NCBI RefSeq assembly: GCF_006345805.1
Contig: NW_021834798.1
Span: 1 to 45,208, forward strand
Direction of reading: 5' to 3'
Length of the DNA: 45,208 bases
DNA from: Octopus sinensis
Lineage: Eukaryota
Part shown: one piece after another, positions 25,248 to 36,821 of the stretch
Numbering within the stretch: position 1 is the first letter of the stretch
Layout: every line of letters starts with the position of its first letter
Position numbers and translations under genes: made by a program
Notes under the pieces: generated by a model
What the model was told of the DNA's origin: nothing
Seen by the model: only the letters and a program-made list of their open reading frames with translations
The model's database searches: none

Positions 25248-25813
25248 CTGGGTTGTCCGGAAAGTTCGTGCCGATTTTTAATGGAAAGAAAAAGGTCAAT
25301 AAATACTTGTCATTACATTTTTAATCAACCAAATATGCACCATGTTGTTGCACAATGCGTCTCCATCTTCCCTTTAACTTGAAAATACCCTCTTCCCAGA
25401 ATTGAGGTGGTTTCATGGTAAATAATTCATCAAGGTATCTTTTTACGTCATCCAAGGAATTGAAAATGCTACCATTAAGATTATTCTGCAAAGTCCTGAA
25501 TAAGTGGAAATCCGAAGGAGCAATATCTGGTGAATATGGAGGGTGGGGTAACACATCCCAGCCGAGCTGCAGCAATTTTTGTTTGGTTCCCAAAGCATCA
25601 AATGCCGAAAATGAACTTTCTTATCTTCCATGTTAAAGGGTTACAGAATTAACACAGTTTATAAGAACATAAAACTTCTTCCATGAAAAGATAGCTTAAA
25701 CTGTGCTCTAAATGGAGGTGTAGTCAAATCCTATTTTATGGACACAACCATGTTCTAAAATAAGTCGAAAGGAAAGCTACTATAAATCGGCACGAACTTT
25801 CCGGACAACCCAA
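25248..25813 (-). mobile_element. Internally deleted non-autonomous mariner, 566 bp, 30-bp TIRs, TA TSD
   Basis: TIR (C/T)TGGGTTGTCCGGAAAGTTCGTGCCGATTT at both ends, flanked by TA (25246-25247, 25814-25815); MEDKKVHFRHLMLW fused out of frame to KQKLLQLGWDVLPHPPYSPDIAPSDFHLF..YLVD*. Confidence 0.95.
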
Positions 25814-25887
25814 TATATCGATATAACGAAATACAGCGTCCTTACAAATCATTAATAAAAGTAAAAAACAAAGATATATATATATAT

Positions 25888-26045
25888 GACAGGCTTCTAT
25901 ACAGTTTCCGTCTATCAAATTCACTAACAAAGCATCAGCCCGAGTCTTTTGTAGAAGACAATTTGCCGAGGGTACCGTGCGGTTGAAATGAACCTGAAAT
26001 CATGTGCTTGGAAAGCCAGGTGCTTAACCTCAGAGCCATGCCTGC
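25888..26045 (-). mobile_element. SINE family A head half, degenerate
   Basis: gacaggcttctatacagtttccgtctatcaaattc..gtagaagacaatttgccgaggg..cagagccatgcctgcg. Confidence 0.7.
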
Positions 26046-26759
26046 GTTATTGCTGGGAAATTCGGAATGTGTTTTAATTGCCGAGCATATACATCACGAA
26101 ACATTAAAGTATTTAATCGTAGAGAAAATACGTCACATTTAATTATATAATTGAATTAATTAACGCAATTTAATTTAATTAAAAGTTTACAAGTATGTTG
26201 TATTTATGTATATTTGAGTGTTTGTGTAATGTGCCGTGTGTGTGAGAGAAAGAGAACAAGTGTGTGTGTGTGCGTTTGTGTGTGTATGTTTCTGTGTGGG
26301 TGAGCATGCGTGTTTGTGTGTGTACGTATGTGTTTGTTATGGAAAAATATAAATATCGTGTCATAGAGATTTACCGTCAAAATCTTAGTATGGAAGCATA
26401 TCAAGGACACAATCAAGCATCCAAATGTTTTCATTAACGAATGCAGGCATTCCTCAACTTATGTGGGTTTGAGAAACATCTTTCTCGGCTTCACCTCGGT
26501 CTCAGCGACCATATTTAAAAAGCGTAAGAAATAATGAATAGAAGAAACTTAATCACCGATTCTGAAGTGGAAAAATCAACGAACGTAAATAGGTACAAAT
26601 CATTTATTAGCACAGATAACAGCAAATAAATTGTTTTTTAATGTACAAACTTACAATGTTCACATTTAATTGCATAGCTTGCGAGAACAATAGTCCTAGC
26701 ATTCCACCGGGAGATGGCGTTGTAGTTTGTACCAGGACATTTAAACAAGTATATAATTT

Positions 26760-26850
26760 ACCTTTTGCTTGTTTCAGTCATTAGCCTGCAGCCATACTGG
26801 GGCACCGCCTTCAAGAATTTTTAGTTCAATGAATCGAGCCCAGCACTTTA
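26760..26850 (-). mobile_element. SINE family A variant, 3' fragment
   Basis: ttgtttcagtcattagcctgcagccatactggggcaccgcc. Confidence 0.75.
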
Positions 26851-26853
26851 TTA

Positions 26854-26892
<39 letters not shown>

Positions 26893-26895
<3 letters not shown>

Positions 26896-26968
26896 CTATT
26901 TCTTTACTACCCACAAGGGGCTAAACACAGACAGGACAAACAAGGACAGACAAGCGGATTAAGTCGAT
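26893..26968 (-). mobile_element. SINE B2 3' tail inserted in (ATT)n
   Basis: ctatttctttactacccacaaggggctaaacacag..ttaagtcga, flanked by ATT repeats. Confidence 0.85.
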
Positions 26969-26969
26969 A

Positions 26970-27220
<251 letters not shown>

Positions 27221-30200
27221 ACTTTTTTTTTTCTTCTTTCAAATTTTCTTCCATTTCTTGCCGAGTGTCTTCCCGACTCCTAGGGCAAAGAAACTCATAG
27301 TGTATATGGTAGGCCATTAAACCAAACTCAGTAGTTCGTTCATTTTTTTTTTTTTTTTTTTTAAGTTAAATTAAAATACATGAGCAGCAACAGTTCTCAC
27401 ATCGACAATGCTCTTCTCAATACGTGTGATGTACCAGTTAAGACAATCTTTTGCACTTCTTGCAGGGATGGTAAGCCAGGGATCATTCTCATATAATTTT
27501 CGGTTCCCTTCTTGATCATTCCTAGTGCTCCTACGATCACTGGTATTGTAACCGCCTTGAGATGCCACATTTTCTCAATTCAATGAGTAGGTCTTTATAT
27601 TTTCTGAGCTTGTCAAACTCTTTCGCTGAGATATTATGATCACAGGGGATGCTCATGTCGATCAATAAGCAAACTTTATTGTTTTGGTCTTTCACAACAA
27701 TATCTGGTTTATTGGCCTTGATGGTTCGGTCTGTATGTACTGGAAAGTCCCACAGAATGGTTACATTTTCTCCTTCAGTTACAGCCTCAGGGTGGTGATT
27801 ATACCACTTGTCGGCAGTTTTGATATTGTAATGCCGACTTATTAGCCAGTGGAGATATTGGCCAACTCTGTCATGTCTTAATTTATACTCCACTGGTGCT
27901 AAAACTTTACATCCAGAGATTAGGTGGTCCACTGTTTCAATCATGTCGTTGCAGAATCGGCATTTTGGGTCTGCTCCATTTTTCATCACATTGGCCTGGT
28001 AGTTCCGGGTTAATAGGCTTTGGTCTTGAGCAGCCAGGATAAAACCTTCGCTCTCTGCTTTTAGCCCTGAGCTCCGCAGCCACTGATGGGTTTGCTTCTG
28101 GTCAACATCAGCTTGTTTGCTGCGGGTAACATATTTGCCGTGCAGAGGTTTCTCCTCCCACCTATCAGCCAATTGCTCGTGCGCTTTTTTCATTGTCATC
28201 ATTTTCACCTTCTTTGCAACAATAGTTGCCGTACTTCCCTCGGGTTGTTCAGTTTGGGTATCCTGCACGAGATCAATAGCAAATTTTTTGCTTTCCTTGA
28301 TGATAGAATGAAGCTTCTTTCGTCTCTCGTGATTTTCCACGAGCTTTAGCATCCAGTCATTCGATATTTCGAGATATTTGGCCAGTCCATTTGTGGTTGT
28401 TTTGTAAGCTAGTTCAAATTGGATCAGGCCTCGACCTCCTTGGGCTCTGGGAAGGTAAAGGCGATCTACGTCTGCCTTTGGGTGTTGCATCCTATTACAA
28501 CTCACCAGCTTGCGTATTTTTCTATCTATATTCTTTTTCACTCATATTCCAGTTCAACACATTGTAGCTATAAGTAACAACTGGAACTGCTAAGGAATTT
28601 ATAGCTAACACCTTGTTACGTGCATTTAGTTCAGATTTCAGGACTGCACGAACTCTCCTATAACATTCCTTCCTGATTTTCTCTTTCATGCTTGCATGCT
28701 GAATACCAGAGCCTTCATTTATCCCTAAATATTTGTATGTCTGTTCTTGCTCAAGCTCTCTTATGACTGTGTCAACATCTAACACGACTGAATTTGTGGT
28801 CTTCACTTTCCCTTTCTGGAAAGTGGCCTTGGCACACTTCTCAGTCCAAACTCCATCCCGATGTCATCGCTGAATGCTTTCACGGTGCGCAATAGGCCTT
28901 CAAGTTCATTATTGTCTTTACTATAAGTTTTAAGTCATCCATATAAAATAGATGCTTATTTTTTTATTGGCAATTTTATACCCATACCCTGTTCTGTTTA
29001 ATTCACTTGTAAGGGGTATTAGGGCTATGCAGAATATTAAAGGTGAAAGTGAGTCACCTTGAAAAATTCCACAGTTGATGTTTATATTTTCTGAGGCAAG
29101 TACTCCATTAGAGTGGTATAATTGGAGATTCGTATTCCACAACGACATATTGTGCTTCAGGAAGTTTGAAATCACAGGGGAAATTTTAAGATGTCCAGCG
29201 ATCTCAAGATCCATGGATGCGGTATACTGTCGAAGGCCTTTTTATAGTCAATCCATGCGGTGCTGAGATTTCTGCGCTTGTTGTGACAGTTCTCAAGGAT
29301 CATACGATTGATTAGCAGTTGATCTTTGCATCCGTAAGAGCCTCGGCGGCACCCTTTTTGTTCAATGGGGAAAATATCGTTCTTCTCCATGAATGCATAT
29401 GTTTTCTCCGCCAGGATAGATGTTAGGATTTTATACGTGGTGGATAGACAGGTTATAGGCCGATAGTTTTTTGGAAGGTTGGTTTCGTTATTCTTGGGAG
29501 TAGGTAAGTAATGCCACTTGCTAACCATTCAGGTGTTTTCTTTGGGTCTCTCAAAATTCCATTGAGCAGCTGAACTAGCTTACCGTGTGCGCACGGGAGC
29601 GATGCGAGCCAGAAATTCGGCACCCTATCTTTACCGGGGGATTTCCAATTATGGGCCTTCGTGAGTGCCTTTCTTAGGTCTGCTATTGTGATGTCTTCCA
29701 TGCTTGTTGTTGTAAATTTTGGTAGGATCCTTCAGTTTGTATAATCCAGTCTGCATTTATGTTGTACGTCTTCTTGTCACTCCAAATCCTTTCTCAAAGT
29801 TTTGAACTTCTTCCATGGGAGGGGGGTCTTTAACGGTTACTTTCTCCTTCCCTATTCTCTGTAGAATTTTTTGGCATTGGATGTGAACAGCTTATTTTGC
29901 TTGTAAAATTGTTTCTCTTCTCAACTCTTCGTATTCTTTGGGCTTTTGCTTGGACTTTTTGTTTCAGCGTTTCTTTTATTGATATCAGTTCTTCTCTTGG
30001 TGAGGATCCAAATTTTCTCTTCATCTTTCTTACTGTTCTGGATCTTACATCATTTCCACATATTAGTTCATTTAATATTGATATTTCCCTCTCATAAATT
30101 CAATCTCTTTTTCATTTTACTTCTCCAGGTTTGATTTCTTCCCAGGTTTTGTTTTCTTTGTTTTTTCGGGGGAATACAGCTGGTTTCAATTGCCCTAGCA

Positions 30201-30330
30201 GAAGCGTAAATAATTTCATTTAACTCAGTAAAATCAGGTTTTAATTCTCGTATTATTTCATTTGTTACATAGTTGCCAATTTGGATTTGTTTTTTTATTT
30301 TGGTTTGTATTTGAGAGTTTATGAAGCGGT
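27221..30330 (-). mobile_element. R4/Dong-clade non-LTR retrotransposon, 5'-truncated, inserted in (TAA)n
   Basis: RT motifs NYRPITCL, WIDYKKAFDS, GIFQGDSLSP, YMDD (28934-28945), YKYLG; C-terminal CRFC..HLISGC zinc knuckle, RHD, and KPDIVV..LLIDMSIP REL endonuclease; 3'UTR with a hairpin then (TAA)n. Confidence 0.92.
27397..30330 (-). pseudogene. RT-REL polyprotein ORF broken by ~13 frameshifts as assembled
   Basis: ORF-track pieces 30092-30427, 29830-30024, 29453-29701, 29172-29528, 28930-29214, 28522-28806 and 27537-28541 join colinearly; the terminus MWHLKAVTIPVIVGALG..LRRALSM* ends in TGA at 27399-27397. Confidence 0.9.
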
Positions 30331-30336
30331 TCTCTA

Positions 30337-30424
<88 letters not shown>

Positions 30425-30572
30425 CATTATTATTATTATATTATATTTTATTATTATTATTATTATATTATTATTATTATTATATTATCATATTATTATT
30501 ATATTATTATATTATTATTATTATTATTATTATTATTATCATATTATTATTATTATTATTATTATATTATTA

Positions 30573-30610
<38 letters not shown>
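30331..30610. repeat. (ATT)n tract between the Dong-like element and the 550-bp element
   Basis: Direct repeats. Confidence 0.95.
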
Positions 30611-31160
30611 GAGTGAGAGAGCAGTTCATGCCATCAAAGTGACACTGGGGTAAAATATACGAAGCCCAATATACCCATCATGACTACCCATCTGATAAGG
30701 GTACACCAGGCACATGCATCACAACCATATGTGCGCGACATGGTGATCTCATATCAAGATAAACAGCACATGACCTTGCAGGTGGGGCCCAGTTAGAATT
30801 TTCTTCAGGTTGAGTAGCCCATCCCGCTCAGACGGTCCCTGAATAAGGGTTGTTTAAGGATGTTGAAAGAACCACCCATGTTTCCAGAGGTGAATTATTC
30901 AAACCCCACAGAATCCCTCTCAACACATGGCTATGATGCTCCCCCACTACTTCTGCTCGTGATCAGAGATGCACATATCGTCAGCCACTAAGGGACATGC
31001 TCAACTGGTTAAGGTAAAACAACTGACAAGCAAATCTGTGGTATTGAGTAGAATATTTGCTGTAGCCCATCTTTTATACCAAGACAAAACAATGTACATG
31101 ATAACACTTGCAATCAGTTAAGATCAGAAGCCATGAGAGCCATTGCCTGGTACTGCATCT
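30611..31160 (-). mobile_element. ~550-bp non-coding element flanked on both sides by (TAA)n
   Basis: Balanced-GC block with sharp boundaries at ATT repeats (30610 and 31161); no ORF; minus-strand end CTCTCTCACTC-AATAATAAT. Repeat status is inferred, as there is only one copy in this window. Confidence 0.55.
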
Positions 31161-31181
31161 ATTATTATTATTATTATCATT

Positions 31182-31480
31182 AAAATGGTGAGCTGGCAGA
31201 CTGTCAGCATGTCGGGCAACATGCTTAACAGCATTTCGTTCTTTTTTACATTCTGAGTTCAAACTCTGCTGAAATCGACTTTGCCTTTCAAGATGACGAG
31301 TAGACAGAATCGCTAGCGCGCCGATATTTCGTTCGTCTTTACGGTCTGAATTCAAATTTCGCAGAAATCGACTTTACATTTCGGGGTCAATAAATTAAGT
31401 ACTAGTTGAGCACAGAGTTCGATGTACTCGACTAGCCCTCACCACAAATTTTGTCAGGCCTTTTGTCTTTAGTAAAAAGG
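31182..31480 (+). mobile_element. Two adjacent degenerate SINE family B copies
   Basis: Two heads (ggtgagctggcagac; gacgagtagacagaatc), each followed by ttcaaa..aaatcgacttt. Confidence 0.75.
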
Positions 31481-31637
31481 ATTATTCATGTATGTGTAGT
31501 AAAGGAGTTGGCGTAAACGCCTCTGGACTATTTTAAAGTTGACCCGTTCATCTTCTGAAAAAGTGCGTCTAGCTACCATAAGTAGGTAGAATAGTAGGAA
31601 GCGAATACATACATGTATTTGTTTCTACAGGCACAAG

Positions 31638-32000
31638 TACACATACATACATACATACATACATACATACATACATACACACATACATATATCCATACAG
31701 ACAGATGCATACATACATACATACATACATACATACATACATACATACATACATACATACATACACACACACATACATACATACACACATACATACATAC
31801 ATACTTGCATACGTACATACATACATAGATGCATACATCATACATACACACATACATATATCAATACATACATACATACATGCATACATACATACATACA
31901 TACATAGATGCATACATACATACATACACACATACATATATCCATACATACATCCATACATACATACATACATACATACATACATGCATACATACATGAA

Positions 32001-32034
<34 letters not shown>

Positions 32035-32163
32035 CACACATACATACATACATACTTACATACATACATACTTACATACATACATACATACACACATACA
32101 TATATCAATACATACATACATACATACATACATACATACATACATACATACATACTACATACA

Positions 32164-32192
<29 letters not shown>
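31638..32192. repeat. (CATA)n microsatellite, ~550 bp
   Basis: Direct repeats. Confidence 0.95.
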
Positions 32193-32194
<2 letters not shown>

Positions 32195-32585
32195 GGTGTT
32201 CATGGTTCTACACTGTTTATATTTTCCGCCAAAAGAAATATATTCGAGATCTCAATATGCGGTTTTATTGGCCGTGTCAAGATTCTGTTACATTTCCTTC
32301 TTGAACAACTCAATTAATAGCTTCCTGGATTATTACTCAGTCATTAGCTAAATTTTAGCGTTTATATAGGCAATGCATATACACGCGCATGAACACACAT
32401 ACAATTACACGTGTACACACTACAATTACTTCATACTTGATACAAACATACGTATATGCATGCGTGTGTGTCTGTGTGTGTGTGCGTGTGCGTATGTCTG
32501 TATGCTCGTGTGTATGTGCATGTGTAAGCGCATTGTCAGAACATATATTATGTACAATATGCAAAAATGTATAATACATACATAC

Positions 32586-32624
<39 letters not shown>

Positions 32625-32654
32625 TATATATTATATATATATAATATATATATC

Positions 32655-32768
32655 CTCACGTCACGTGACCGACCAAGCTATCAGATGTCGCTAAACATCG
32701 CTGGTCACAATGCACTTCGCATTGTTTCAGCCTTCAAACGACGCCACCCCGCTGGCTAAGTGAGCAGG
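32655..32768. other. GC-balanced block between (TA)n tracts, probable dispersed-repeat fragment
   Basis: Sharp boundaries inside (TA)n; single copy in the window. Confidence 0.35.
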
Positions 32769-32781
32769 CTAATATATATAT

Positions 32782-32816
<35 letters not shown>

Positions 32817-32823
32817 ATATATA

Positions 32824-32868
<45 letters not shown>

Positions 32869-33314
32869 TATATACATACAGACATATATCTATATATATA
32901 TATACATATATATATATATACACACATTTATATAGATAGATAAAAAGGTACATAGATACATACATACATTCATGCATTCATGCATACATACATACATATG
33001 TTTATAAGCGACTTCATCTGTGTATATGTTGGTGTATGAGTTTGTAAAGATATAAATTTCTTAATTAAGATATAAATTCACTGAAGTAACATAAAACCTT
33101 TTTGTTTTTACTGGGCCCAGAAATCTAACGAGTGTAGCACTACACACACATACTCTGTCTGTCTCTCTGTCGGTCTGTCTGTCTCCCTCTCTCTTTCTCT
33201 AACCCTTCATACTTACAGAAACGTTGAAATTTATAGCAGTCAAACACTGTTGCTGTACGACACTGAACAATTAAAAAGAGCAGCCAAATTTTCCTCAATC
33301 TATCACTTACATCT

Positions 33315-33497
33315 CAAATGTTTGAAGCATAGGACAATAAACGTTATTTACATTATTTACATTATTTACAATTGACGGATATTTGTCTTCATCTTGTTTG
33401 TTGTTAACACAATGTTTCGGCTGATATACCCTCCAGCCTTCATCAGGTGTCTTGGGGAAATTTCGAACCTGGGTTCTCATTCCTAAGCTATTTTTCG
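33315..33497 (-). mobile_element. Penelope-like terminal-repeat fragment (family P3)
   Basis: Contains a canonical hammerhead core and a (TGTAAATAA)x3 tandem. Confidence 0.6.
33406..33451 (-). ncRNA. Minimal type-I hammerhead ribozyme motif, canonical core
   Basis: Minus strand GACAC-CTGATGA-A-GGCTG(gagggtatat)CAGCC-GAAA-CA-T-T-GTGTT: helix I GACAC/GTGTT, 5-bp helix II, helix III ACAT (probably CpG-decayed ACGT). Confidence 0.75.
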
Positions 33498-33698
33498 ATG
33501 ACAGAAACGCTAGCGCGCCAGGCATAGCGCGTAGCGGCATTTTGTTCATCATTACGTTTCGGGTTCAAATTATGCTGAGATCGACTTTGCCTTTCATCCT
33601 TTCGAGGACGATAAAATAGGTATCAGTTGAGCACCGACTTCAATGTCCACGACTTAACTCCTGCCCCGAACTTGTTGACCTAGTGTCAAACTTCGAAA
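33497..33698 (+). mobile_element. SINE family B (B1-like tail), degenerate
   Basis: gacagaaacgctagcgcgcc..gatcgactttgcctttcatcctttcgaggacgataaaatagg. Confidence 0.8.
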
Positions 33699-34241
33699 CA
33701 GGAGTGGATGTGTGGTATGTAGCTTGCTTACCAACCACATGGTTCTGGGTTCAGTCACATTGCGTGGCATCTTGGGCAAGTGTCTTCTACTATAACCTCG
33801 GGCCAACCAGAGCCTTGTGAGTGGATTTGGTAGACGGAAACTGAAAGAAGCCCGTCGTGTATATGTACATATATATGTATGTGTGTGTTTGTGTGTTTTT
33901 TTGTCTGTGTTTGTCCCTCCAAGATCGCTTGACAACAGATGCTGGTGTGTTTGCGTCCCCGTAACTTAGCGGTTCGGCAAAAGAGTCCGATAGAATAAGT
34001 ACTAGGCTTACAAAGAATAAGTCCCGGGATCAATTTTCTCGACTAAAGGCTGTGCTGCAGCATGGCCGCACTCAAATGACTGAAACAAGTAAAAGAGTAA
34101 AAGAGAAAAGAGAAAAGAGACCGATAGAATAAGTACTGGGCTTACAAAGAATAAGTCCCTGGGTCGATTTGCTCGACTAAAGGCGGTGCTCCAGCATGGC
34201 TGCAGTCAAATGACTGGAACAAGTAAAAGAGTAAAAGAGTA
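33699..34241 (+). mobile_element. SINE family A with a tandem duplication of its 3' ~125 bp
   Basis: Full copy to ~34112, then a repeat of agagaccgatagaataagtact..gtaaaagagtaaaagagt. Confidence 0.9.
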
Positions 34242-34321
34242 AGGAGATGATGTGGCAGAGCCTAGCGGCATTTCTTTTCCCGCCAAAATTGCTGGCCTTC
34301 TGCCAAATTTGAACCCATTAA

Positions 34322-35180
34322 AAGCGGCGCACTTGCAGAATCTTTTGCGTTTCTTACAACTTGCTTAGCGATATTCCAGCTTTTTACCTTCTGAGTACAA
34401 ATTCCGTTGAGGCGGGCTTTGCTTTTCATCCATTCGGGGTTCGATACCTATTTCTTTATTACCCACAAGGGGCTAAACACAGAGGGAACAAATAAGGACA
34501 GACATAGGTATTAAGTCGATTACATCGACCCCAGTTCGTAACTGGTACTTAATTTATCGACCCCGAAAGGATGAAAGGCAAAGTCGACTTCGGCGGAATT
34601 TGAACTCACAACGTAACGCAGACGAAATACCTATTTCTTTATTAGCCACTAGGGGCTAAACACAGAGGGAACAAACAAGGGCAGACATAGGTATTAAGTC
34701 GATTACATCGACCCCAGTTCGTAACTGGTACTTAATTTATCGACCCCGAAAGGATGAAAGGCAAAGTCGACCTCGGCGGAATTTGAACTCACAACGTAAC
34801 GCAGACGAAATACCTATTTCTTTATTAGCCACTAGGGGCTAAACACAGAGGGAACAAACAAGGGCAGACATAGGTATTAAGTCGATTCCATCGACCCCAG
34901 TTCGTAACTGGTACTTAATTTATCGACCCCGAAAGGATGAAAGGCAAAGTCGACCTCGGCGGAATTTGAACTCAGAACGTAACGGCAGACGAAATACCGC
35001 TAAGCATTTCGCCCGGCGTGCTAACGTTTCTGTCGATACCAGTTGAGCACTGGGATCGATGTAATCGACTCCCCCCCACTCCCAATTTCATCTAAAAAGG
35101 AAAGAAAAAGCAACAAAAAAAAAAAGAAAAGGAAAGGAAAGGAAAACAATAAATGCTGGACTTATGCCAACATTTGAAAC
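34322..35180 (+). mobile_element. Old SINE B1 copy interrupted at its core by the B2 trimer
   Basis: Head and core to ..ttcggggttcgata (34445), resuming at ccagttgagcactgggatcgatgtaatcgact (35039), with a B1 tail at ~35155-35180. Confidence 0.75.
34449..35032 (-). mobile_element. Head-to-tail SINE B2 trimer (183-bp period) flanked by an 8-bp TSD TCGATACC
   Basis: Unit starts (atacc) at 34444, 34627 and 34810; TCGATACC at 34441-34448 and 35033-35040. Confidence 0.92.
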
Positions 35181-35619
35181 TATAATTATATAATTATATT
35201 CAATTCTGCCATGAAAATCTTCCCCATCTCATTTCAATAGTATTTCTGTCCGAGGGTGGTCTACAAAGGGAAACTTATAGAAATGCTAGAAGCTAGCAGA
35301 AAGAGGCCCGGCTCAGCAGGGATGCCATTGTAGTCGAGGGGATTCAGCCGTGTAAACCCTGTAAATATCCCATATATTTATTTGTATTCCACTAAGTTAA
35401 TTCGTAAATTTGTGGTTCGGATTTTGGAATAAACATCTAATTATCAATTAGGAGTGAACAGATATGACAGAGAAAAATAAAAGGGGGAAATATGGCCAAC
35501 GGTCAGCGGGGGGTGGGAGGTAGATAGATCGGTGTAGGTCGGTGGGTAGGTGTGGTTGATGGGGGCTGGAGGGAAACGGTGATGTGAAGTTAGGGGTAGA
35601 AAAGTACACAGGAAGACTA

Positions 35620-35720
35620 ACAGAAGAAGACGAAGACGAAGAAGAAGAAGAAGACGAAGAAGAAGAAGACGAAGAAGAAGAAGACGAAGAAGAAGAAGAA
35701 GAAGAGAAGAAGAAGAAGAG
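35620..35720. repeat. (GAA)n/(GAC) microsatellite
   Basis: Direct repeats. Confidence 0.9.
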
Positions 35721-36198
35721 TTTTATTTGAAGGAAAGCTGATAATTTGGTGACTGTGGGGAGAAAACTGAAACGAAGATGGGGGATAGTTTTTCACCTTT
35801 AAACAAGCGATTATGAGTGGGTGTATATTTTATATATAAATATATTCATGTGTGTGTGTGAGATCGTGTGAGTATGTGTGCATGAATGTACGTATATGTA
35901 TATATGTATATTAGAGAAAAGGAAAAAGGGAGAGAGGTGGAGAGAGAGGGGGAGAGAAAGGAGAGAGAGAGGGCGTGTGAGGAAGTGGGTTGGAGTAGGC
36001 ATAATTTGTTACCGGCAAGAGTTTCTAGCTGTGATTCATGCCAGGATTGATTCAGCAGAGGATGCGGGTACACTTAAAGGGCTGTTGCTTCTTTGTAATG
36101 GGCATCCACCCGCATCATGCCACCCCCCACCACCTTACTCACTTTTCTCTGTCTATCTGTCCGCCTCTTCCTCCCTCTACTTCCCTCCTCATTCCCCC

Positions 36199-36233
<35 letters not shown>

Positions 36234-36406
36234 CCTCTGTCTCTCTGTATGTATGTATGTATGTAGCCACATCCGACAGAGTATGCTTGCTATGTTCTTA
36301 GTATAGTGCAGGCACACGAGTCAGAATTATCTGCACATACGGACATGCATAGATTCATTATATCCAAACATATACACACATAGAAGTAAATATATATATA
36401 CTCTCT

Positions 36407-36762
36407 CTTTTACTCTTTTACTTGTTTCAGTCATTTGACTGCGGCCATGCTGGAGCACCGCCTTTAGTCGAGCAAATCGACCCCGGGACTTATTCATTGT
36501 AAGCCTAGTACTTATTCTATCGGTCTCTTTTTTTTTGCCGAACCGCTAAGTGACGGGGACGTAAGCACACCAGCATCGGTTGTCAAGCGATGTTGGGGGG
36601 ACAAAACACAGACACACAAACTCACACACATACATATACATATATATACATAGATACGACAGGCTTCTTTCAGTTTCCGTCTACCAAATCCACTCACAAG
36701 GCATCTGTCGGCCCGGGGCTATAGCAGAAGACACTTGCCCAAGATGCCGCGCAGTGGGACTG

Positions 36763-36763
<1 letters not shown>
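36407..36763 (-). mobile_element. SINE family A, 5'-truncated within the B-box
   Basis: Colinear with 2269-2605; ends at gcagtgggactga then (TA)n. Confidence 0.9.

Positions 36764-36821
<58 letters not shown>

Noticed and set aside
30780-30990. CTGAAGA and CTGACGA on the minus strand of the 550-bp element as ribozyme cores
   Set aside because: No correctly placed helix II, GAAA or UH
34444-35032. Regularly spaced repeats resembling a CRISPR array
   Set aside because: Units are contiguous 183-bp SINE copies with no unique spacers; eukaryotic context and no cas genes
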